A stretch of 64,000 nucleotides of DNA, taken from Acetofilamentum sp. (GTDB lineage: Bacteria; Bacteroidota; Bacteroidia; Bacteroidales; DYOH01). Position numbers and translations under genes: made by a program. This document shows, piece by piece, positions 47,354 through 56,862 of the stretch. The notes beneath the pieces are model-generated. The model did not search any database and was not told the DNA's origin. It saw only the letters and a list, made by a program, of their open reading frames with translations. How positions within the stretch are numbered: position 1 is the first letter of the stretch; each line of letters begins with the position of its first letter. Location of the stretch: positions 11,517 to 75,516 of the forward strand of contig DYOH01000008.1 of assembly GCA_020720625.1 (NCBI GenBank), written 5' to 3'.

Positions 47354-49138
47354 TTACATTCTTTCCGGAACATCTATCCCGAGCAAATTGAAGGCATTTT
47401 TAAGCACCTGAGCCACTTTTTCGGATAGAACCAGGCGAAAGGCTCTTTTTTCTTCATTCTCTTCCGTCAGAATTTTTATGTCGTGATAAAACTGATTGTA
47501 TTCTTTGGCCATTTCGTAGCAATAGTTGGCTAAAAGTGCCGGCGAATGTCGTTTTGCTGCTTCTTCTATAACGGAAGCAAAGTTGTAAATATTTTTGATT
47601 AGCGATTTTTCTTTTTCTGTAATTTCTGTATTGGTATCGAGTTCAATATTAATGTTTTGTTCTACGGCTTTTTTTAACAAAGACCGTATGCGGGCATGGG
47701 TGTATTGTATAAATGGACCTGTGTTGCCATTGAAATCAATACTCTCTTTGGGATTGAACAAGATTGTTTTTTTTGGGTCTACTTTTAGAATAAAGTATTT
47801 GAGTGCTCCCATAGCAATCATATAATTTGTTTTGGTAGATTCTTCGGTTGTCATTTCGTCGAGCTTTCCAAGTTCTTTCGACATGGCAGTGGCTGTTTGC
47901 ACCATTTCGTCAATCAAATTGTCGGCATCTACCACTGTGCCTTCGCGCGATTTCATTTTGCCTTCGGGCAATTCAACCATGCCGTAAGACAAGTGGTAAA
48001 TGGAATCTGCCCAGGTATACCCAAGTTTTTGCAAAACAACTTTCAATACTTTAAAATGATAATCTTGTTCATTACCAACCACATAAACATGGTCGTCGAA
48101 TGCAAAATCCTGCTGACGCAGAATGGCTGTTCCAATGTCTTGGGTTATGTACACTGAAGTGCCATCGGAGCGCAAGAGAATTTTTTCGTCCAGGCCGTCG
48201 GCGGTTAAATCTACCCATACCGAACTGTCTTCCTTTTGCTGAAAAATATTTTTTTCTACTGCCTGCAAAATCTCTTCTTTTCCTTGCATAAAGGTTTCCG
48301 ATTCGTAATAAATTTTGTCGAAATCAACTCCCATTTTCCGGTAAGTTTCGTCAAATCCTTTATAAACCCATGCATTCATCATCGACCATAAATTTCGTAT
48401 TTCGGGTTGATTATTTTCCCATTGTCGAAGCATTTCCTGGGCTTCTTGCAGCAAGGGAGCTTCTTTTTTTGCATTTTCTTCTTCTATTCCACTGGCTTTG
48501 AGAGCAGCAACTTGCTTTTTATATTCCTTATCAAAAAGCACATAAAATTCCCCTACAAGGTGGTCGCCCTTTTTACCTGTATTTTCAGGGTTTGCGCCAT
48601 TGCCCCATTTTTGCCAGGCTAGCATCGATTTGCATATATGTATTCCCCGGTCGTTTACTATATTGGTTTTGTATACTTTATGTCCGGCGGCTGCCAATAT
48701 TCCGGCAACCGAGTAACCGAGCAAATTATTGCGAATATGGCCTAAATGCAATGGTTTATTGGTGTTTGGTGATGAGTATTCTACCAAAATTACCCTGCTT
48801 TGTTCGCTCGAAGCACAAAATCCCGTATTTTCGTTTTTTTCCTCTGATTTTAAGTATTTTAGCCAAAATTCCGGAGATATGCTTAGGTTCAGAAATCCTT
48901 TTACCACATTGAATTTTATCACCTCTGCTGCATTTTCCAACAGATAGTGGCCTATTTCTTCGGCAGTTTGTTCGGGCAATTTTTTTGATATTTTCACCAA
49001 GGGAAAAACCATCACTGTGTAATCTCCTTCGAACTCTTTCTTGGTTTCCTGTATTTGGTTCTGTCCCTGAGTTAATTCCGCACCGTATAAAGATTTTATG
49101 CATTCCGAAAGCTTATTCTCCAAAATTTTGACTATCAT
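47354..49138 (-). CDS. argS: Arginine--tRNA ligase
   Basis: 594 aa with a HIGH-type motif (PLHLGHIRN) and a class I fold. The C-terminal anticodon-binding DALR-like helices end in ...LGIDVPERM. Confidence 0.93.
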   Translation of the reverse strand: MIVKILENKLSECIKSLYGAELTQGQNQIQETKKEFEGDYTVMVFPLVKISKKLPEQTAEEIGHYLLENAAEVIKFNVVKGFLNLSISPEFWLKYLKSEEKNENTGFCASSEQSRVILVEYSSPNTNKPLHLGHIRNNLLGYSVAGILAAAGHKVYKTNIVNDRGIHICKSMLAWQKWGNGANPENTGKKGDHLVGEFYVLFDKEYKKQVAALKASGIEEENAKKEAPLLQEAQEMLRQWENNQPEIRNLWSMMNAWVYKGFDETYRKMGVDFDKIYYESETFMQGKEEILQAVEKNIFQQKEDSSVWVDLTADGLDEKILLRSDGTSVYITQDIGTAILRQQDFAFDDHVYVVGNEQDYHFKVLKVVLQKLGYTWADSIYHLSYGMVELPEGKMKSREGTVVDADNLIDEMVQTATAMSKELGKLDEMTTEESTKTNYMIAMGALKYFILKVDPKKTILFNPKESIDFNGNTGPFIQYTHARIRSLLKKAVEQNINIELDTNTEITEKEKSLIKNIYNFASVIEEAAKRHSPALLANYCYEMAKEYNQFYHDIKILTEENEEKRAFRLVLSEKVAQVLKNAFNLLGIDVPERM

Positions 49139-49215
49139 GTTCTTGTTATTTTATGCTGTATTTTTTTGATTTATTATGCTAAAAGGCAAAAATATCAAAT
49201 TTCTATTAATTCTAC

Positions 49216-50856
49216 TTATTTATTGGCCGAATAAACCATTTTTCCATCTACATAAGTAGCTAAAATGGCTATTTTGAATAATTCTTTTTCGTCAGCTTTC
49301 AATAAATCTATTGGTAGAACAACAAAATCTGCCTTTTTGCCAGCTTCTAAACTGCCTTTTTCCTTTTCTTCGAAATTCACTTTTGCCGCCCAAATGGTCA
49401 TTCCTTTTAGCGCTTGTTCGCGAGTAAGGGCATTTTCCGGTTGAAATCCGTTTTCGGGGTAAGACTGATGGTCTTTGCGAACTACGGCGGCATAAAAGCC
49501 ATACAATGGATTTATACTTTCAATTGGAAAATCGCTTCCATTGGCCACCCAACCATTTTGCTCTAACAGTTGTTTGTAGGCATAAGCACCCTTAATTCTT
49601 TCGGATCCCAAACGTTGCCCGGCCCAATACATATCGGAAGTTGCGTGGGTAGGTTGAATACTTGGCACAATGCTGAATTGGCCATATTTGGCAAAATCTT
49701 CGGGAGCTACAATTTGTGAATGCTCAATTCGCCAGCGCTTATCGTTTTTGCCTTTTAGAAAGGTGCCATAATGCTCCAGCACAAATTTTACGGCAGAATC
49801 GCCTATGGCATGTGTGCTCATTTGGTAATTATTTGTGTAGGCCAAATGCAAAATAGAATCGTAGGTACTTGCTTTAGTAAGCTGCAAGCCTTTAGTTCCG
49901 GGGGCATCGCTATACTCTGCGCTAAGTAAAGCACCGCGAGAACCTAGTGCACCGTCGGCGTATAATTTTATCGCCCTAACATTCAGCTTATCGGTGGAAT
50001 AGGGGCCATTTTTAACAAAATGTTCAAAATTTTCCACAGTGGGACTTAACATGGCATAAATGTTCATTTTTAGAACATTGGCCTGCTGTAATGAGTCTAT
50101 CAAACGGATAAGGCTGTATTCAAGGCCGGCATCGTCAACTGTGGTTAGACCTACTTTAAAGCACGAATCCTGGGCCTGCAACAGCGCCTTGGTTTGCATT
50201 TCTAGCGAAAGCTCCGGAATTGCTGCATACACAATTTCCATGGCTTTATCTATCAAAATACCATTGGGCTTTCCGTTTTCGAGTTTAATTTGGCCCCCTT
50301 CAACAAAGGTATTTTCAGAAATACCTGCCAGTTTCATGGCTTTGGTGTTTATTATTGCGGCATGTCCATCAATTCTGATTAGGAAAACGGCTTTATCGGG
50401 GAATAATTCGTCGAGTTTTTCTTTGTGCGGAAATTCTTTTACTTCCCAATCGTTTTGGTCCCAACCACGGCCTTCTATCCAGATATTTTCCGGATTTGTT
50501 TGGGCAAATTGCTTCAATTTTGCCAGAATTTCTTCAAACGACTTTGTGCCGCTCAAATCCACTCTTTTTATTAGGTTGCTGCCATAGCCGTAGAAATGAC
50601 AATGAGCATCGTAAAATCCCGGGTAGACAAATTTTCCGCCCAAATCGGATTTTTCTGTGGCCGTAAATTGCTTTTCAAGCTCAGTTTTTGTGCCAATTGC
50701 CACAATTTTACCATTGTGAACAGCCATGGCATCGGCGGTAGTAAAAGCTGAATCTACAGTGTAAATGGTGGCGTTAAACACCATTAAATCAACATTCTGC
50801 TTCTTGCTGCAAGAGCTGAAAGCTGCTAAAATCAATAAGAAAAACAGTTTTTTCAT
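49216..50856 (-). CDS. Amidohydrolase-3 family (YtcJ-like) metal-dependent hydrolase, lipoprotein
   Basis: 546 aa with lipobox AFSSC. Motifs seen are PGFYDAHCHF, RIDGHAA, MSTHAIGD and ANGSDFP. Confidence 0.82.
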   Translation of the reverse strand: MKKLFFLLILAAFSSCSKKQNVDLMVFNATIYTVDSAFTTADAMAVHNGKIVAIGTKTELEKQFTATEKSDLGGKFVYPGFYDAHCHFYGYGSNLIKRVDLSGTKSFEEILAKLKQFAQTNPENIWIEGRGWDQNDWEVKEFPHKEKLDELFPDKAVFLIRIDGHAAIINTKAMKLAGISENTFVEGGQIKLENGKPNGILIDKAMEIVYAAIPELSLEMQTKALLQAQDSCFKVGLTTVDDAGLEYSLIRLIDSLQQANVLKMNIYAMLSPTVENFEHFVKNGPYSTDKLNVRAIKLYADGALGSRGALLSAEYSDAPGTKGLQLTKASTYDSILHLAYTNNYQMSTHAIGDSAVKFVLEHYGTFLKGKNDKRWRIEHSQIVAPEDFAKYGQFSIVPSIQPTHATSDMYWAGQRLGSERIKGAYAYKQLLEQNGWVANGSDFPIESINPLYGFYAAVVRKDHQSYPENGFQPENALTREQALKGMTIWAAKVNFEEKEKGSLEAGKKADFVVLPIDLLKADEKELFKIAILATYVDGKMVYSANK

Positions 50857-51053
50857 TTTTATTTTGTTTTGATGCGTAAAACTAGCAAAAAAAAATGAGA
50901 TAGTTTGGTTCTACAAATTCAAAAATGCCATTTCCCATGCTGGAATTATAGAAATAAGATAGCACAATTTATGCTTCCTTGAAGGCAAATAGTTTTTATT
51001 TAATCGGGCCGTATTGGTTAGTAGTGCAAAAAACGGGTATACTACTTTATAAG

Positions 51054-51083
51054 AAATAGCTCTGCCTTCCGACAGAGCTATTT
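51054..51083. other. Perfect 11-bp stem-loop
   Basis: AAATAGCTCTG-CCTTCCGA-CAGAGCTATTT. On the minus strand it is followed by CTTATAAAG. It could be the distal terminator of the ilv operon. Confidence 0.5.
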
Positions 51084-51090
51084 AATAATG

Positions 51091-51233
51091 ATTGATGAGT
51101 CTAGTCTAAAAACCCTGTCAGTGTTGATTTTTATAAAATGCTGTAACTGTACTAAACAGTTTATAAGTCAATTAAGAAAACGCAGGCAGGGGTATAATCA
51201 TTTTTTCAATCTTTTTAGACTGAACTCATTGAT
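51091..51233. repeat. 143-nt element bounded by 22-nt imperfect inverted repeats
   Basis: The left arm is ATTGATGAGTCTAGTCTAAAAA (51091-51112). The reverse complement of the right arm (51212-51233) is ATCAATGAGTTCAGTCTAAAAA, an 18/22 match. An inner ACCCCTG/CAGGGTT pairing is possible. Confidence 0.55.
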
Positions 51234-51333
51234 GCTTTGAGATTTGTGCATCAATAAAAAAGTTCCTTGCTAAAAACGCTTCATAATAATCATCATATCA
51301 GTTTTTAGCTAATTGGATGAACAGCAAAAAAAA

Positions 51334-52377
51334 TCAATTTCCAGGGCGAAGTTTTCTTACAGTTTTTCCTGCCTGCCAAATTTCCATATTTCGAAGTTCT
51401 TCGAGTTCTTTGTCTAATTTTTCCCGATAGTCGGGTTTGCTATTCGCTTCTATAACAATTTGGGCTTCTTTTCCGGATGCCACGCTGTTGTATAGTTCTT
51501 CGAAAACTGGTTCTACTGCTTTTCTAAAGCGCCCTTTCCAGTCTAAAGCGCCCCGCTGCGCTGTAGTCGATGTATTGGCATACATCCAATCCATTCCGTT
51601 TTCGGCCACAAGTGGCATAAGGCTTTGCGTTAACTCTTCAACCGTTTCGTTAAAAGCTTCGCTGGGCGTATGTCCGTTTTTACGTAAAACATTGTATTGT
51701 GCTTCAAAAATGCCGGCTATGGCTCCCATCAGAGTTCCACGTTCGCCTGTAAGGTCACTGAAAACTTCTTTTTTGAAAGTGGTTTCAAATAAGTATCCGC
51801 TGCCAACTCCTATTCCTAAGGCAAGCACTCTTTCTTTGGCACGGCCAGTGGCATCTTGCTCTATGGCAAAACTCGAATTTAATCCTCTGCCTTGTAAAAA
51901 TAATCGGCGCAAACTTGTTCCCGAGCCTTTAGGGGCTATAAGAAATACGTCTACATCTTTGGGTGGAATAATTTGAGTGTGTTCGCGAAATGTAATTCCG
52001 AAACCATGCGAAAAATACAATGCTTTTCCGGGACTAAGGTTTTTTTTGATGCTTGGCCAAAGCGCTATTTGCCCTGCATCCGAAAGCAAATACTGAATAA
52101 TTGTTGCCCGCTCGCAGGCTTCTTCTATCTCAAAAAGTGTTTCGCCTTCTACCCAGCCGTCGGACTCGGCTTTTTTCCAGGTTTTTGAATTTTTTCGCTG
52201 ACCAACAATTACCCGAAAACCATTATCTTTTAGGTTCAACGATTGGCCGGGGCCTTGTACACCATAACCAATAACGGCTATGGTTTCGTTTTTTAATACA
52301 TCCAATGCCTTCTGCATTGGAAATTCTTCGCGCGTGATGACGTTCTCCTCAACGCCGCCAAAATTCAGTTTTGCCAT
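51334..52377 (-). CDS. ilvC: Ketol-acid reductoisomerase (class I)
   Basis: 347 aa with the Rossmann motif IGYGVQGPGQSLNLKDNG and LSDAGQ, FSHGF and SDLTGERG. Confidence 0.93.
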   Translation of the reverse strand: MAKLNFGGVEENVITREEFPMQKALDVLKNETIAVIGYGVQGPGQSLNLKDNGFRVIVGQRKNSKTWKKAESDGWVEGETLFEIEEACERATIIQYLLSDAGQIALWPSIKKNLSPGKALYFSHGFGITFREHTQIIPPKDVDVFLIAPKGSGTSLRRLFLQGRGLNSSFAIEQDATGRAKERVLALGIGVGSGYLFETTFKKEVFSDLTGERGTLMGAIAGIFEAQYNVLRKNGHTPSEAFNETVEELTQSLMPLVAENGMDWMYANTSTTAQRGALDWKGRFRKAVEPVFEELYNSVASGKEAQIVIEANSKPDYREKLDKELEELRNMEIWQAGKTVRKLRPGN

Positions 52378-52458
52378 TTTTTTTTGTTTATAGTTTCATT
52401 TTTCGGGCTTTCGCATCCAAATGTTTATTAGATTAGAATGCTCAATATTCCGCTAAAA

Positions 52459-52998
52459 TTAATAATTATACTGATTATCAAGTTCTTGTAGGTGTTCTTC
52501 CAGGGGTTTCATGGGTTTTGCAATAGCCACGCGCCCCGAGCGAATAAATTGGAGTAAACCGTGTGGTTCTAGTATGCGCAGAAGTTCTTCGGTTTCATCT
52601 TTATGTCCGGTTTTTTCAATCAATATGTAATCTTCTTCAATACTCAGTATTCGTGCATGCTGTTCTCTGATAATTTTCTCCAGATTGAATCCATTATTTT
52701 TGAAATTCCGGCTCATTTTATACAATGCAATTTCTTGATAAACAATTTCTTCGTCGGTATAGACGAATACTTTGTGCACCCCAATTATTTTTTCAATTTG
52801 TCTGGCTATTTTAGTAACCAAATCTTTTACTGCTTTTACTACAATGGTAAATGTGTAAATTCCTTTAATTTTTGACTCGGAAGCAGTTAAACTCAGTATA
52901 TTTTGTTTTCGTCGGGTAAAAACAATACTAATATGATTAAGCAGCCCAATGTTGTTTTCTGTTACAACCAAGAGGGTATAATTTTTAGGTTCTGACAT
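52459..52998 (-). CDS. ilvN: Acetolactate synthase small (regulatory) subunit
   Basis: 179 aa with an N-terminal ACT domain (LLVVTENNIGLLNHISIVFTRRKQNILSL). Its position between ilvB and ilvC supports the call. Confidence 0.85.
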   Translation of the reverse strand: MSEPKNYTLLVVTENNIGLLNHISIVFTRRKQNILSLTASESKIKGIYTFTIVVKAVKDLVTKIARQIEKIIGVHKVFVYTDEEIVYQEIALYKMSRNFKNNGFNLEKIIREQHARILSIEEDYILIEKTGHKDETEELLRILEPHGLLQFIRSGRVAIAKPMKPLEEHLQELDNQYNY

Positions 52999-53021
52999 TT
53001 TTTTAAAGGTAAAATATATAA

Positions 53022-54758
53022 TTAATAATCAGCTTTTAGTAGCATATTTGATACCGATTCGTTTGGCGGCACCATGGGGAAAACATTTTCTTCTTTCTCA
53101 ATTTCAACTTCCAAAAAATACGGTTCGTCGTTGGCAAACATTTCGTTAAGTATTTCGTCAATGTTTTCACGCTTTAATAGTTTATTTGCTTTTAAACCAT
53201 AAGCCCCTGCTATTTTGGTAAAATCAGGATTTTGCATGGTTGTAAACGAATATCGTTTTTGGTTAAAAAGTTGTTGCCACTGCCTTACCATTCCGAGAAA
53301 ATTATTATTTAAAACAACAATTTTTACGTTTGCCCGATTATTGGCAATGGTTGCCAATTCCTGAATGGTCATTTGAAAACCGCCATCACCAACAAAAAGA
53401 ACCACTGGTTTGTCGGGCGAGGCCACAGAAGCTCCGAAAGATGCCGGAAGTCCGAATCCCATGGTTCCTAAACCTCCCGAAGTGATAAAATGATTATGGT
53501 ATTTGAATTTGAAATAGCGGGCTGTCATCATCTGGTGTTGTCCTACATCGGCAATAACTACTGCTTCGCCTTTTGTTTTTTCGGAAATCCTGTGAATGAT
53601 TTCTGCCATTTTTAATCCCGGGGTTTGTGGGTTAATGGCTTCGCGGATAACCTGGTCGCATTCTGTTTTTCGAAGTTCTTTGAATTGTTCCAGCCAATGC
53701 TCGTGTTGCTTGTTTTCCACTAAGGGGATTAATTTACTTAGTACCTCTCTTGCATCGCCTACCACCGCCACATCGGTTCTGATGATTTTATCAATTTCGG
53801 ATTTGTCTATTTCAATGTGGATGATTTTGGCGCTTTTAGCGTATTCCGATGTCTTTCCGGTAACCCGATCGTCAAAACGCATTCCAATTGCGATTATTAA
53901 GTCTGCCTCGTTGGTGAGTATATTTGGAGCATAATTTCCGTGCATTCCAAGCATGCCTACATAATTGCTATGCGACGATGGAAAAGCAGTTAAGCCCCAT
54001 AAAGTTGCTGCTACCGGAATGTTTGCTTTTTCGGATAGTTTTACCAGCAATTCTTCGGCTCTGGAAAGCTTTACACCCTGACCGGCCAGAATAAGTGGTC
54101 TTTGGGCTTGATTTATTAAAATGGCTGCTTTTTTAACCTGCTCATCTTCAATCTTCGGATAAGGATAATAGGCTGCAACCCGGCTTACTTTTTGATATAA
54201 ATAATCAGTTTTTGACATTTGTGCGTCTTTGGTAATATCAATAAGTACAGGTCCTGGTCGTCCGGTTGAAGCAATGTAAAAAGCTTTAGAAATTACTTCC
54301 ATTATTTCGTCGGCACTTGTTACCTGATAGTTCCATTTGGTTACCGGCATAGAAACTCCCACCACATCAGTTTCCTGAAAGGCGTCGTAACCAAGTAGTT
54401 GCGAAGACACCTGACCTGTGATACATACAAGTGGTGTAGAGTCTACCATTGCGTTGGCCAAACCGGTAATTAGGTTGGTAGCACCCGGACCGGATGTGGC
54501 AAAAACCACCCCTGTTTTTCCGCTTATTTTTGCATAAGCCTCTGCGGCATGAATAGCGCCTTGCTCGTGGCGTGGCAAATAATGCGTAACTACGTCGAGA
54601 TAATCGTATATGGCATCGTAAATGGGCATAATAGCGCCGCCCGGATAACCGAAAATTTTTTCTACACCTTCATTTATCAGTGTTTTAATTACGGCTTCAG
54701 CTCCGCTTAGTTTTACGGCGGTGTGTTTACTTGTTTTTAAAAGGGTTTGTACTTCCAT
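53022..54758 (-). CDS. ilvB: Acetolactate synthase large subunit (ThDP-dependent)
   Basis: 578 aa with GYPGGAIMPIYDA, TSGPGATNL and the ThDP motif GDGGFQM...NN. Confidence 0.93.
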   Translation of the reverse strand: MEVQTLLKTSKHTAVKLSGAEAVIKTLINEGVEKIFGYPGGAIMPIYDAIYDYLDVVTHYLPRHEQGAIHAAEAYAKISGKTGVVFATSGPGATNLITGLANAMVDSTPLVCITGQVSSQLLGYDAFQETDVVGVSMPVTKWNYQVTSADEIMEVISKAFYIASTGRPGPVLIDITKDAQMSKTDYLYQKVSRVAAYYPYPKIEDEQVKKAAILINQAQRPLILAGQGVKLSRAEELLVKLSEKANIPVAATLWGLTAFPSSHSNYVGMLGMHGNYAPNILTNEADLIIAIGMRFDDRVTGKTSEYAKSAKIIHIEIDKSEIDKIIRTDVAVVGDAREVLSKLIPLVENKQHEHWLEQFKELRKTECDQVIREAINPQTPGLKMAEIIHRISEKTKGEAVVIADVGQHQMMTARYFKFKYHNHFITSGGLGTMGFGLPASFGASVASPDKPVVLFVGDGGFQMTIQELATIANNRANVKIVVLNNNFLGMVRQWQQLFNQKRYSFTTMQNPDFTKIAGAYGLKANKLLKRENIDEILNEMFANDEPYFLEVEIEKEENVFPMVPPNESVSNMLLKADY

Positions 54759-54780
54759 AGTTCATAATTTAATTTTTGGT

Positions 54781-56610
54781 TTATTCAATGATTCTTACAG
54801 CACCTTTATCGGCCGAAGAAACCAACGCTGCATAAGCTTTTAGTGCTTTAGATACTATTCTGTTGCGAAATTTAGCCTGGTATGGCTTATTCGAATTGTC
54901 TTCTATCATTTTTCGGTTTTGCCATTCATTTTCGCTTATCAGCAAATTAATGCTGCGATTTGGGATATTAATTTCAATGGTGTCGCCATCGTAAATTAAT
55001 GCTATTTCTCCATGTGCGGCTGCTTCTGGAGAAACGTGCCCGATTGAAAGTCCCGAAGTACCGCCCGAGAATCGGCCGTCTGTGATTAATGCACATGTTT
55101 TGTCGAGTCTGGCCGATTTTAAGTAAGAAGTTGGGTAAAGCATTTCTTGCATTCCCGGCCCTCCCTTGGGGCCTTCGTATCGGATAACAACTACGTCTCC
55201 ATCCACTACTTTTCCATCGAGTATGGCTTGCATAGCTTGGTCTTGCGATTCGTAAACTTTTGCTTTTCCAGTAAAATGATGCATTTTTTCGTCTACACCG
55301 GCAGTTTTTACAATACAACCATTGCGGGCAATATTGCCGAATAATACGGCCAATCCACCATCCTGGCTGTAGGCATGTTCTACAGATCGGATACAGCCTC
55401 TTTCACGATCAGTATCTAAATATGCAGACTTTGTATTTTGGGAAGCAAAACTCAGATTACGTCCGTTTGATGCAGCTGCGCTCGCTGCAATATCAAGCGC
55501 TTTCGCACTCACACTTGTACTGCGAATGTCGTAGTTTTCAATGGCTTCGGCCAAAGTAGGGAAATCCACGCGCGACACGCTTAAATCCAGCAAATTCGCA
55601 CGGGCAAGTTCTCCCATAATCGACATAATTCCACCTGCCCGGTTTACGTCTTCCATGTGATAGTTAGAACTTGGAGCCACCTTGCAAATATTGGGCACTT
55701 TTTTGGAAAGATGATCAATATCGTGCATCGTAAAATCTACTCCGGCTTCGTGGGCAATGGCCAATAGATGTAAAATAGTGTTGGTACTGCCTCCCATGGC
55801 AATATCGAGCGTCATGGCGTTAAGAAAAGCTTTTCGGGATGCAATATTTAGCGGCAATACATTGGTGTTGCCATGATAGTAGTAGTCTTCTGTATTTTTA
55901 ATAAGCAATCTTGTGGCATCTTCGAGCAGTTGTTTGCGCGAAGCATGGGTTGCCACAATAGTTCCGTTTCCCGGAAGCGCCAGGCCAAGGGCTTCGGTGA
56001 GCGAGTTCATGGAATTTGCAGTAAACATGCCCGAACAAGAACCACAGGTTGGACATGCATTGCGCTCAATTTGCGCTATCTGCTCGTCGGTTACATGAAT
56101 GTCGGCTCCCATAATCATGGCATCAACCAAGTCGATTTTTTTCCCGTTGAAATCGCCAGCCTCCATGGGACCGCCGGAAAAAAATACGGTTGGTATATTC
56201 AGGCGCATTGTTCCCATCAGCATTCCTGGGGTAATTTTGTCGCAATTGGTAATGCAGATTAGCGCGTCCACCTTATGTGCATTGCAAACGTACTCTATGC
56301 TGTCTGCGATAATTTCGCGAGATGGTAAAGAATAAAGCATTCCGTCGTGCCCCATAGCTATGCCGTCGTCGATGGCAATGGTATTGAATTCGGCGGCATA
56401 AAAACCATGTGCTTCGATAATAGATTTTACGTATTGTCCTACATTGTGCAAATGCGTATGTCCGGGAACAAACTGTGTAAACGAGTTGGCAATGGCAATT
56501 ATGGGTTTACCAAATTGCTTTTCGGTCATTCCGTTGGCCCGCCATAAGCTTCTTGCGCCTACCATTCGTTTTCCGTGAGTGCTTGTTTTACTTCTTAATT
56601 CGTATTTCAT
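54781..56610 (-). CDS. ilvD: Dihydroxy-acid dehydratase
   Basis: 609 aa with [34 protein letters not shown] and TDGRFSGGT. Confidence 0.94.
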   Translation of the reverse strand: MKYELRSKTSTHGKRMVGARSLWRANGMTEKQFGKPIIAIANSFTQFVPGHTHLHNVGQYVKSIIEAHGFYAAEFNTIAIDDGIAMGHDGMLYSLPSREIIADSIEYVCNAHKVDALICITNCDKITPGMLMGTMRLNIPTVFFSGGPMEAGDFNGKKIDLVDAMIMGADIHVTDEQIAQIERNACPTCGSCSGMFTANSMNSLTEALGLALPGNGTIVATHASRKQLLEDATRLLIKNTEDYYYHGNTNVLPLNIASRKAFLNAMTLDIAMGGSTNTILHLLAIAHEAGVDFTMHDIDHLSKKVPNICKVAPSSNYHMEDVNRAGGIMSIMGELARANLLDLSVSRVDFPTLAEAIENYDIRSTSVSAKALDIAASAAASNGRNLSFASQNTKSAYLDTDRERGCIRSVEHAYSQDGGLAVLFGNIARNGCIVKTAGVDEKMHHFTGKAKVYESQDQAMQAILDGKVVDGDVVVIRYEGPKGGPGMQEMLYPTSYLKSARLDKTCALITDGRFSGGTSGLSIGHVSPEAAAHGEIALIYDGDTIEINIPNRSINLLISENEWQNRKMIEDNSNKPYQAKFRNRIVSKALKAYAALVSSADKGAVRIIE

Positions 56611-56862
56611 TACCTGTTTGTTTCATTTCCAAATGTCTTTCCTTTTTTTACAAGGGATAGCTAAGCAGTGATAGACTAATAATTAATTAACAATAATTAT
56701 AAATCAGCCTTTGCAGCTATTATTTGCAAAGTTTGATACATACACTGCAAACAGAAAACAAAAATGGGTTTTATTGCCGATGCCTAAGCACGTCGGTAAG
56801 GATATAAATTGTTGATTAACAATGAATTATTTTGATTATAAATAAGATGCTTAAAGCCGGAA

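Noticed and set aside
50060-51976. Long antisense ORFs of 175 aa (50060-50587) and 179 aa (51437-51976). Similar cases are 40483-40914, 33365-33793, 9451-9777 and 55873-56262.
   Set aside because: Each is embedded opposite a longer ORF with strong family motifs: amidohydrolase, ilvC, rpsA, the TPR/OmpA genes, the beta-helix-like lipoprotein and ilvD. None has motifs of its own.
56611-56862. A leader peptide or attenuator upstream of ilvD.
   Set aside because: The only small ORF on the correct strand is MYQTLQIIAAKADL, with just two Ile and no run of regulatory codons. The nearby hairpin CTTTGCA/TGCAAAG lacks a U tract, so classical attenuation is not supported.
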